Below, piece by piece: positions 1-7,756 of a stretch of DNA of 33,294 nucleotides. The notes under the pieces were generated by a model that did no database searches, had not been told where the DNA came from, and saw only the letters and a list, made by a program, of their open reading frames with translations. The stretch's first letter is position 1. Each line of letters starts with the position of its first letter. Made by a program: the position numbers and the translations under genes. Location: the NCBI GenBank assembly GCA_021791995.1, contig JAJYVN010000003.1, forward strand, positions 1 through 33,294, written 5' to 3'. Origin of the DNA: Bacillota bacterium (GTDB taxonomy: Bacteria > Bacillota > Sulfobacillia > RBS10-35 > JAJYVN01).

Positions 1-98
1 AGTTGCTCTACTGGCACAGGCAGCTTGCCGTCGCGGTACATTCGCCACGCGGCTTGGTAGCGGATGCCCTGCTCCTTCGCCCATGTACTTAACTTCAT
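1..98 (-). CDS. tnpA: IS607-family transposase TnpA (serine recombinase), N-terminal HTH; partial, runs off the window
   Basis: Not in the ORF track. Manual minus-strand translation from ATG at 98 gives MKLSTWAKEQGIRYQAAWRMYRDGKLPVPVEQ..., matching the MKLSxWAKxQGIxYxxAWRxxxxGKLPVP start typical of IS607 TnpA. Confidence 0.85.
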   Translation of the reverse strand, partial: MKLSTWAKEQGIRYQAAWRMYRDGKLPVPVEQ

Positions 99-104
99 AC
101 ACTT

Positions 105-113
105 CGTATACCA
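105..113 (-). promoter_or_regulatory. Extended -10 element (TGGTATACG) for a probably leaderless tnpA transcript
   Basis: TGn-TATACG ends 6 nt before the tnpA ATG; there is no Shine-Dalgarno in between. Confidence 0.45.
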
Positions 114-654
114 CATCTGTCGTTAGACGTAGATCTAGTTGGTCAACAGTTGAAACCCTTCCACACATCCGCATCGGAGATCCTCCTCGATCCCGTCTTC
201 CATTCCGCAGAGCGTCCTTGGCACCTGTATGGCCGGTGTAACCGGATGGCCCCCTGGAACAGTGTGGATGCGCTGCCTAGATCAGACCACGAGCCCCCCC
301 CTCCACGCCCCCTGGGTACCGGGGCGCGCGGCGTGACAAGGTTTGACGAGATCTGCCGCCAAGCGTCTGTGCATGGGCAGTCGGCGTTGGAACGAAGGGG
401 TGGTGGGCCGGGCCAGGTTGCAGGCTGTATGAAGACATCGTTGCATGTGCCGCGGATGCGGCATGGCATACAGCGTGGAGCCACATGACACACCGGAGGC
501 CAGCCGTGCCGACGTGGAGTCCCTCTTGCCGCTATGGGAACCTGAGAGGTGGCGCGCAGGATGATCGTTCCCAAAGTGGACGGCTCTGTTGTGAGCACGC
601 GCGACCTTGTCGACGGGAACACGCGCCACCACCTGTACACCGCATGTGCGACTT

Positions 655-840
655 CGGGTTTGATCTACAGGGCAGACATCGGATCGAGGCACGGCGCGTG
701 GTGCAGAGCGCTGGCTCCTCCTGTGCGATGGAGAAGGCAGACATGTCTTTGGCAGTGTCTTCCGCGAGCCGGTGCACGTGAAGGGCGTCGATCAAGATCT
801 GCGCCAGTCTTCGGTGCTGCGTCGAGTCCGGTACTCCATC
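655..840 (-). pseudogene. Heavily decayed ISL3-like transposase fragment
   Basis: Minus strand reads DSTQHRRLAQILIDALHVHRLAEDTAKDMSAF, then VDQTR in another frame. Spacing from the first D to DMS and the LA..L pattern resemble the ISL3 segment D....FA..L...DMS..F...VDQVRR. The similarity is weak. Confidence 0.3.
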
Positions 841-851
841 GTGGCGGACGA

Positions 852-881
852 TTGACACGTTCTCGCCACCAATGCTAAACT
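852..881 (+). promoter_or_regulatory. Sigma70/sigmaA-type promoter for the ABC exporter pair
   Basis: TTGACA (852-857), 18-nt spacer ending in TGC, then TAAACT (876-881). Confidence 0.65.
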
Positions 882-884
882 ACA

Positions 885-1055
885 CTCTGCTGTTTTACAA
901 AGGAGGCAACCGCCGTCTTTCTCTTCCGGTTTGCGGGTGGTCCGACGCAGGCATGCGTGCCCTGTGGTGCGCGCCAAGACTATCCCATGCCCGCAGACTG
1001 CGACCGGGGTAGGCGGTAGCCATTCCTTCTCCCCGGTTGCCGGGGGGAAATCCAC
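885..1055 (+). promoter_or_regulatory. Candidate structured 5' leader with an RBS-sequestering hairpin
   Basis: TTCTCCCCGG (1027-1036) pairs with CCGGGGGGAA (1040-1049), covering the G-rich RBS before GTG 1056. Competing complementary segments lie at 1003-1009 and 905-912. Confidence 0.4.
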
Positions 1056-2810
1056 GTGGAAATCCAATCGACCAAACGGCCTGGCCCATGGGCCGGCCTC
1101 TCCTTTGTCTTCCGCACCCTTTGGACGGCGGCGCGGTTCCATGTTGCAGTTGATGCAGGCCTCACGGCTGCGGAGGCAGCCGCGCCATTGGCTCTATTGC
1201 AGGGAACGCGCACGGTTCTGGCCGACCTGGCGCTCCGACGACCGCCATGGGGTGGCTTCGCCCTGTTGGCTTTGGGGGAAGCCATCCCAGCCTTCGGGAG
1301 TCGCGTCGTATACGGTCCGTTGGCCGAGGCCATCTCGGATCGCGTGACTTTGTTCCTCCAACCACAATGGGCGAGCTCCTTACTGACGATGCCGTGGGGC
1401 CGACTGACCGATCCTGCTTCTCAGGAGATCCTTCAGGGCGCGCGTGACGGGAGCGCGTCCGTGGAAGTGGCCTTCGACTTAGCCTCGGCACTGATTCGCG
1501 ACCTTGGACGTACGGGCTGTGCCCTGGGTTTCTTGTTTACCCTTCGCCCATTGGCTGCGCTTATGGCACTTGTGGCCTGCTGTTTATCCCTTCTCTTCTG
1601 GCGTCTGGCGACAACGCAGTGGGAAGAGGAGCAGCGGCTCAGCGCTCTACCAATCCGCCAGCGCACGGGCGTGCTCTTTACCATCCTTACCGGTCAGGGT
1701 GCTGCTGCCGAACTCCGGATCTTCGGCTACGCCCGCTACGTGCGGGATGCCTGGCAGCGGGCGATTGTGGGTAGCCAGCGTGCGGAGGGGCGGTTACAGC
1801 TGCTGATGGGTATGCGGCGAATTGCGGTGGACGTGGCATGTATTGGCCTGACGATTGCGTCTGCTGTTTTGGTGATGGCGCACGGCGGCAGCGTGGCGGT
1901 GGAGGGGAGCGCACTGTGGGCTCTGATCACAGCAACGCAAAGCGGTGGTGATATCGGCTACTGGCTGAAAAGTCTCGCGAAGGAGAACCAAAACGCGGCC
2001 CGCCTTGCGGAGGTCCTCGCACAGGGCAGGCTACTTCCTCGCGTGCGACGCCCAGCGTCCTTGCACCGACCGGGCCGAAGCCTTCGGCATGTTCCACCGG
2101 TCAGGTCGCACGACGAACCGATCGCGGCGCTACGCGACGTTACCTTCACCTATCCCGGTTCCGTGGCCCCGGCGATCCAGGGTCTATCCCTGGAGATTCG
2201 ATCCGGGGAACGGCTTGCGCTGGTCGGTCCCAACGGTAGCGGTAAGAGCACGGTGATCCGACTGCTCGTGGGGCTTCTGTCACCGGATGAAGGTTCGGTG
2301 CATCGCACGGTTCGAGTCGGGATCGCCCTTCAAGACTTCCCGCGGTACCGCTTCACGGCTGGGGAGTACGTGGCTATGGGCAGAACATCCTGGATGCATG
2401 CGGAGCACCGTATTCGATCCACGCTCCGCCGGGCCGGTCTCGATCTGCCGCCCCACCAGGTTCTTGGACGCATTCGGAAAAGGGCCAAGGACATCTCGGG
2501 CGGTCAGTGGCAGAGACTGGCGCTCGCAAAAGTGCTGTATAGCGATGCGCCGCTGTGGGTTTTGGATGAGCCGACATCGGCGCTCGACCCGCTGGCCGAG
2601 GCCCGGCTCTATGGGGATTTCCAGCAACAATCAGCCAGAGCAACGGTTGTGTTGGTGACGCACCGCCTCGGCGCGGCTCGCACGGCGGATCGGATCGTTG
2701 TCTTGGATGGTGGCCGGGTTGTCCAAGACGGGACTCACGCCGAGCTCTTGGCGGATCGCACCGGGCTGTACGGCCGGATGTGGCAAGCGCAGAGCGGGTG
2801 GGTGCAGTGA
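1056..2810 (+). CDS. ABC exporter, fused permease + ATP-binding subunit
   Basis: 584-aa ORF with N-terminal TM helices, Walker [10 protein letters not shown], signature ISGGQWQR, Walker B WVLDEPT and H-loop VTHRL. Confidence 0.93.
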   Translation: MEIQSTKRPGPWAGLSFVFRTLWTAARFHVAVDAGLTAAEAAAPLALLQGTRTVLADLALRRPPWGGFALLALGEAIPAFGSRVVYGPLAEAISDRVTLFLQPQWASSLLTMPWGRLTDPASQEILQGARDGSASVEVAFDLASALIRDLGRTGCALGFLFTLRPLAALMALVACCLSLLFWRLATTQWEEEQRLSALPIRQRTGVLFTILTGQGAAAELRIFGYARYVRDAWQRAIVGSQRAEGRLQLLMGMRRIAVDVACIGLTIASAVLVMAHGGSVAVEGSALWALITATQSGGDIGYWLKSLAKENQNAARLAEVLAQGRLLPRVRRPASLHRPGRSLRHVPPVRSHDEPIAALRDVTFTYPGSVAPAIQGLSLEIRSGERLALVGPNGSGKSTVIRLLVGLLSPDEGSVHRTVRVGIALQDFPRYRFTAGEYVAMGRTSWMHAEHRIRSTLRRAGLDLPPHQVLGRIRKRAKDISGGQWQRLALAKVLYSDAPLWVLDEPTSALDPLAEARLYGDFQQQSARATVVLVTHRLGAARTADRIVVLDGGRVVQDGTHAELLADRTGLYGRMWQAQSGWVQ

Positions 2811-4507
2811 AGCGGAACACGTTGGTCCGACTCGTGGGCCAGGCGGTGATGCGGGACCCTCTGCCGTTGGCGCTGGACCTGCTCGTGGCACTGATTCAGG
2901 GAGGTCTGTATGGGGGGGTAGTGGCAGCCCTCGCACACCTCGTGGATGTCCGGACCGTTCGCGCGGTGCTTTTGTGGGGTGGTGCACAGTTGCTTGTCGC
3001 CCTCTGCGGGCGGTTACGCCCCGTGCTCACCCGGCGGGCACAGAACGGGATCCGTTTGGCTCTGGGTGAACAGTTGGCGGAGGCGACCGCCCGTCTTCCT
3101 TACGCGGACTTCGAGCGGAGCGATTTCCTCGGGGACCTGGAGCAGGCAACGAGTGTGCTGCATGAGGACCGTGTCTATCAGCTCGTGCAGGGGGCTCTCA
3201 CCACGGTTACCGAAGGGAGCCGAATCGTGGCTGTCAGTGCGGTGCTTGTAGGCCTCTCGCCGTGGCTGGCACTGCCCGCGGCAGCAGCGGGGGCTGTCCA
3301 GGTGTGGGCCGATGCGCGTCGGGTGCGGGAACAGTATTCGCTGTACCGGAAGCGAGAGGATCGGCAGCGTTTCGCGGACTACCTGGGGGGATTACCCAAA
3401 GACCCTGCGGTGAATGCGGAGGTGCGGATCTTCGGAGCACGCCGCTGGCTGATCCATCGCTGGTACGCCGTATGGCGCGGGCTGCAAGCCGGTAACCACG
3501 CCCTGGCCGATCGCCAAATGCGGCGTGATGCCCTGACCCGCGGTGCCACGTTGGCCGTGTACTTAGGGGCGTTCGCCTGGGGTGTGGTCCTGGCAGCTCA
3601 TGGGCAGATCCGCCTGGGTGGGGTGGTGGCGCTCGCGGCCGGTGTGCGGTCCGTGCAGGTGGCGACAGAGGAGATCAGTTACCAAATGGCGGACGGGCAG
3701 CGGCACGTTCTCCATCTCTTGGATGCGGCACACGTGATCGATCGGTCCGCCGCCTGCCTCCCCAGTCCATCGCTCAAGGCATCCGAGACGATTACGGCCA
3801 CGGGACTTACATACCGCTATCCAGGATCCCGACACCGGGCTTTGAAGGGCGTCGATTTGGAGTTGCGGAGGGGACGTCTTTTGGCCCTGGTCGGGGAGAA
3901 CGGCTCGGGCAAGACGACGCTGGCCCGCATCCTACTGGGTCTGTTGGAACCAGAGTCCGGAACCATTGCCGGGGATGGAGGCGTCCCCGCTCGCCGCTCC
4001 GCGGTGTTCCAGGATTTCGTTCGCTATCACCTTTCCGTGCGAGAAGAAGTCGGCTTGGGGGATTGGTCCCGTCTGAGTGACGACGCCTCCCTCTGGGAAG
4101 CACTGACCGCCGCTGGTCCAGGGGCCACCGCTGCGGCCCAGTTGGGGCTTGACTCGCTTCCGGTTCTCTCGGGTGGACAGCGGCAGGCCTTGGCTTTGGC
4201 ACGTGGGCTCTTTGCACAAGGGGATCTGGTGATTCTGGATGAACCGACGGCGGCACTGGATCCACTCGCGGAGCAGGAGCTGTTCGGCCGGTTTGTCTCG
4301 GTGTCTCGTGGTCGGTTCACTGTAATCGTGACGCACCGCATGGGTGCGGCACAACTGGCCGATGACATCGCAGTGATGGAGCGCGGCCGCATTGTCGAGC
4401 GCGGGTCGCACAACGAACTGCTCATGGCCAGGGGGCGCTACGCCCGGATGTGGGAGGCCCAATCCCGTTGGTATCGGGATGGAAGCGGCCCGTGGCGCTC
4501 GCGGTGA
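2807..4507 (+). CDS. ABC exporter, fused permease + ATP-binding subunit (likely heterodimer partner)
   Basis: GTG start overlaps the previous TGA (GTGA 2807-2810). Walker A GENGSGKTT, LSGGQ, VILDEPT, VTHRM. Confidence 0.93.
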   Translation: MKRNTLVRLVGQAVMRDPLPLALDLLVALIQGGLYGGVVAALAHLVDVRTVRAVLLWGGAQLLVALCGRLRPVLTRRAQNGIRLALGEQLAEATARLPYADFERSDFLGDLEQATSVLHEDRVYQLVQGALTTVTEGSRIVAVSAVLVGLSPWLALPAAAAGAVQVWADARRVREQYSLYRKREDRQRFADYLGGLPKDPAVNAEVRIFGARRWLIHRWYAVWRGLQAGNHALADRQMRRDALTRGATLAVYLGAFAWGVVLAAHGQIRLGGVVALAAGVRSVQVATEEISYQMADGQRHVLHLLDAAHVIDRSAACLPSPSLKASETITATGLTYRYPGSRHRALKGVDLELRRGRLLALVGENGSGKTTLARILLGLLEPESGTIAGDGGVPARRSAVFQDFVRYHLSVREEVGLGDWSRLSDDASLWEALTAAGPGATAAAQLGLDSLPVLSGGQRQALALARGLFAQGDLVILDEPTAALDPLAEQELFGRFVSVSRGRFTVIVTHRMGAAQLADDIAVMERGRIVERGSHNELLMARGRYARMWEAQSRWYRDGSGPWRSR

Positions 4508-4534
4508 ACCCTCTGCAGGGTGGTCACTCCACCA

Positions 4535-4714
4535 CTACCGCAACTGCCGTGTGAAACCGAAGATCACGAGCGCCAGCATGGCGACCACGTAAACCCGCAA
4601 TAGCCACATCAGGGCGCGCGCACCACGGCTGAGCCGGGCCGGCCCATACAAACGCTGCGCGCGCTGCTCCCACTCCCAGAGTTCCTGCTCGTCGCCTGGC
4701 GCCATATCACTCAT
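4535..4714 (-). CDS. Small single-TM membrane protein downstream of the NRAMP gene
   Basis: Below the ORF-track size. Translation: MSDMAPGDEQELWEWEQRAQRLYGPARLSRGARALMWLLRVYVVAMLALVIFGFTRQLR*. A strong AAGGAGGAGG RBS overlaps the NRAMP stop. The start may be the second ATG at 4705. Confidence 0.8.
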   Translation of the reverse strand: MSDMAPGDEQELWEWEQRAQRLYGPARLSRGARALMWLLRVYVVAMLALVIFGFTRQLR

Positions 4715-4722
4715 CCTCCTCC

Positions 4723-6063
4723 TTATCCCCCGAGCGCGTGCGGAAAGACCGTGACGATGCCGTAGAGCGTGGACAGAACGAGAATCATGGCCACAATCCC
4801 GCCCGTGAATAGATTGGCTCCCAGGCGGTTCCGATGCTCTCCCATGATTTCAGGATCGTTGGCCAGAAGGAGTAGGAAGAGCAAGGCCGGGGGCATGAGC
4901 AAGGTTGCGATCACCTGCACCGTCAGCGTGATGAGTTGCAGTGGCGCTCCCGGCAGCAGGACGATGGCCGCTGCCACAGCGATGCTCCCCGCGTACACCG
5001 CGTAAAACAGCGGAGCCTGGCGGACGGACGCGTTTAGGCTGTGTCGCTGACCTGTCACCTCGCCGAGTGCCCATGCGGACGAAAGGGAAATGGTGATCGC
5101 TGCGACCAAGCCGGCCTCAAACAGCCCTAAGCCAAAGAGCCGCTCCGCCCATGCACCAAGGTAGGGGGTGAGTGTCTGGGCCCACTGGGCTTGACTGAGG
5201 TTACTCACCCCGATGTGGCGCGGGAACAGGATCGTTCCCGTGAGCACCACGATGGCGACGGCGACCACGCCCATCACAAGGCTGCCGACCAGTGTATCCT
5301 GCTGGCCTTGCCGAATGTCGCGGGGGGTGAGTCCCTTGTCGACCACCGCGCCTTGCTGATAGAAGAGCATCCACGGGGCGATGGTCGTCCCGACGTTCGC
5401 GATGATCAGGAACAGCACCGCGTGGGTGAAGCCCCCTGGCAGGTTCCAGCGCGCGAGCGCGGACAGTACCTGTCCAGGAGACGGGTGTGCCAGGATCGCG
5501 AGTGGAAGGAAGACGAGGTTCACGGCGGCAAAGACCAGGGTGATGCGTTCGGCTGTCACGTAGCGCTGAACGGAGACGAGCCCGGCCACGAGCAAGGCAC
5601 TACCGAGCACTGCCACCCGGAGACCGAAGCCGAACACGCTCAGGCCTGCGGCCATGCCGATGAACTCTGTCACCAATGTAAGGCAATTGCCAAGGATCAG
5701 GTCGGCGATGGAAAAAATGCCCCAGAAGCGGCCGAATCGATCAAAGATAAGCTCCGCATGACCCTTCTGGGCCACTGCCCCGAGCCGCACTGTCATTTCT
5801 TGGACCACGTAGGCCACAGGGATCATCAGTAACAGGAACGGCACGAAGAAACCCACTCCGTACCGAGCACCCGTTGTCGCATAGGTGATGACACCGCCAG
5901 CGTCATTATCACCGATCATCACCAAGATGCCGGGGCCAGCTACGAGGAGGAAGAGCAGGAGACTTTGCAGCGGCGACCGGGCACGAGACCGAATGCGCAG
6001 GATGCGTTGCCGGTCCCGCCGCCGCAGGTCGATATCGCGGGACACATCACGAAAGACAGCCAT
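4723..6063 (-). CDS. NRAMP/SLC11-family divalent cation transporter, DNDAGG (NRMT-like, probably Mg2+) clade
   Basis: GPGILVMIGDNDAGGVITY, QEMTVRLG and VGTTIAPWMLFYQQ motifs with many TM helices. ATG at 6063 follows GAGGGTGG. Confidence 0.9.
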   Translation of the reverse strand: MAVFRDVSRDIDLRRRDRQRILRIRSRARSPLQSLLLFLLVAGPGILVMIGDNDAGGVITYATTGARYGVGFFVPFLLLMIPVAYVVQEMTVRLGAVAQKGHAELIFDRFGRFWGIFSIADLILGNCLTLVTEFIGMAAGLSVFGFGLRVAVLGSALLVAGLVSVQRYVTAERITLVFAAVNLVFLPLAILAHPSPGQVLSALARWNLPGGFTHAVLFLIIANVGTTIAPWMLFYQQGAVVDKGLTPRDIRQGQQDTLVGSLVMGVVAVAIVVLTGTILFPRHIGVSNLSQAQWAQTLTPYLGAWAERLFGLGLFEAGLVAAITISLSSAWALGEVTGQRHSLNASVRQAPLFYAVYAGSIAVAAAIVLLPGAPLQLITLTVQVIATLLMPPALLFLLLLANDPEIMGEHRNRLGANLFTGGIVAMILVLSTLYGIVTVFPHALGG

Positions 6064-6592
6064 GGTGCCACCCTCTTTCGGTTCCCGTATCGACATCGGT
6101 CACTGGTGGTGCCGCTCGTACTGCCCATGGCTGTCTCCCCCCTTTGCCAACGATGTTCCCAACGAATTCCGCACCGGTACGGCTGAGAGGTGCGATGGTG
6201 GTGGTGCACGGCCTTTGAGCCGCGCGACCGAACCGAACCAAGGACCGCTCGTGTGCACTGGCCATATGAGAAACAGGTGTTTCAAAAACCTATCCCCGCC
6301 CGCACACCATCCTCACGTATGCGGTAACGATCCGAACGTGTCGGTGCCGCGAGAAGCTTTTTTCCGTAGTTCCGTCGAGCGACAGGCACGTTCGAAGATG
6401 CCGATACAGTATGTTGCTTTCGATCGGAAGGCAAGGGCCCATGTGGACCAAGATGGCTGGGGAGCACGGCCCACACGGGAATGGGTGTCCCTCCGCTCAG
6501 AGATGGCGCGAGCGGTAGCGGCCAAGCGGTTCGTCCGGTACCGATCGCTTTCCGGATGTGCGCCGGAATCCGACGGAATGAAAAACCGGCAA

Positions 6593-6857
6593 GGGTTTCT
6601 CGGACCAGGCAGCCTGAAGCAACGTCCAGAGGCCCTTGGCCCGAGGAAGACAGCCAACCCGTACTGCTCCCCATCGGCAGCGAACGCTGCAGCACCCAAC
6701 CTTAAGTGCCGTTCCACCACCATATCACCGGCAGGTCACGGATTCGCTGCCAGGGTACCGCATTGTGATAGGCCTCGGCGGCCATCAGCAGAGCCTGCCA
6801 GTCCTCCCGACTTGGTGGGCCTTCGCTCCCCTTCACCCGAGATTGCTTCGTCGCCAC
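6593..6857 (-). pseudogene. Inverted 5' fragment of a conserved hypothetical gene
   Basis: RBS AAAGGAG plus GTG 6857 gives VATKQSRVKGSEGPPSREDWQALLMAAEAYHNAVPWQRIRD. After frameshifts it continues ...DGEQYGLAVFLGP/GLWTLLQAAWSEKP. Confidence 0.65.
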
Positions 6858-6944
6858 TTGGATTTCCCACTCCTTTGCCCACTACCGAACCGTGTTGCGA
6901 ATCGGGGACCGCGCCGGTCCGGTAGGCGATATCTTCCTCCGACA

Positions 6945-7738
6945 CCCGTTTCGTGGGATGCGCAGGCGGCACTCTTCTCACCACCCCAGCTATCCCTGAT
7001 CTTTGGCGCACAGGACGACGTGGATCCGAAGGATCGAGAGATCTTTCGCTCCCTGGGATGGCGCTTTCGCGGTCCAACCGCGTGGCCTCTTTGTCAGAGC
7101 GGTCGGTTCGGGTATCTGCCGTGGTGTCCGGTCGCCTCCGAAATGCGTCAATTGACAACCGCGCTGTCTCTCGTGACCGCTGTCAGCCTTGCGCCGGAGC
7201 GTCTTGCGGCGCTCGAGGCGACGAGTGACGAGTAGCTCCGCCCCGGGAATGGATCAAAACCCGTGCTGATGCTGTGGTCCGATCGCCAGGGAGCCTGGAT
7301 GCCGTCGATCGAGCCGGTTCCTCCCGAGGCAGTGGTTTTTGTTGCGTCCATGTTCGATGCAGAACGCGTCCAAGCGTTACGGAGTCGTTTGGCACGCTCA
7401 CCCACAACCTGGCAACTGGATTTGCTGCCCGCTCCGTTTGGTATTGGGGAAGCACGGCAACGTCTGGAGGCGAGTTGGCTGGGCATGGTTGTGGAGGCCG
7501 GGAGCGGGCTTGCGCTCAACATGGAGCCGTTTCTTGTGCGTAAGGTGGCTCGACCAGCGGAGTTCCTTTTGGATACGGTCGAGCAGGCGCACTCCATACC
7601 CTCACGGATCCGCACCTGTCGCCGGGATGTGGCGGAACGCTTGGCACCCCCGTAGCGAAAGCGTCGGGTTGCTCGGTCAGCCGGAGCCCGCATCTTGCGG
7701 AGCTTGAGTCGCTTTACTACACCGCTCTGGATCATTGA
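6945..7738 (+). pseudogene. 3' part of the same conserved hypothetical gene (recalled as DUF7309/DUF6930-like; needs an HMM check)
   Basis: PVSWDAQAALFSPPQLSLIFGAQDDVDPKDREIFRSLGWRFRGPTAWPLCQSGRFGYLPW. An in-frame TAG at 7233-7235 is followed in the same frame by ORF 7263-7655 (WQLDLLPAP...GMVVEAGSGL). A frameshift in the C-run near 7650 gives ...LAELESLYYTALDH* ending at 7738. Confidence 0.7.
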
Positions 7739-7756
7739 GGTGCCGGTGCCTCCGGC

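Larger units (their letters stand above)
1..158 (-). mobile_element. Left end of an IS607-family insertion sequence
   Basis: tnpA start at 98. About 60 nt upstream is a GGG (156-158, minus strand), consistent with IS607 insertion at GG. Two CAACT repeats 11 nt apart lie just inside. The exact end is inferred. Confidence 0.55.

Noticed and set aside
3074-3087. 14-bp match TTGGCGGAGGCGAC to the tRNA-Asp 3' end (9611-9624), resembling an att duplication
   Set aside because: It lies inside an intact ABC transporter CDS (QLAEAT) that is continuous on both sides, and no integrase is present; most likely chance in GC-rich DNA.
6064-6900. M-box (ykoK), yybP-ykoY or NiCo riboswitch expected upstream of the NRAMP gene
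   Set aside because: I could not find the conserved cores by eye, and the distal part is explained by the inverted pseudogene fragment.
5885-6925. 346-aa plus-strand ORF
   Set aside because: It overlaps the NRAMP gene antisense and crosses the inversion breakpoint; no coherent protein features.
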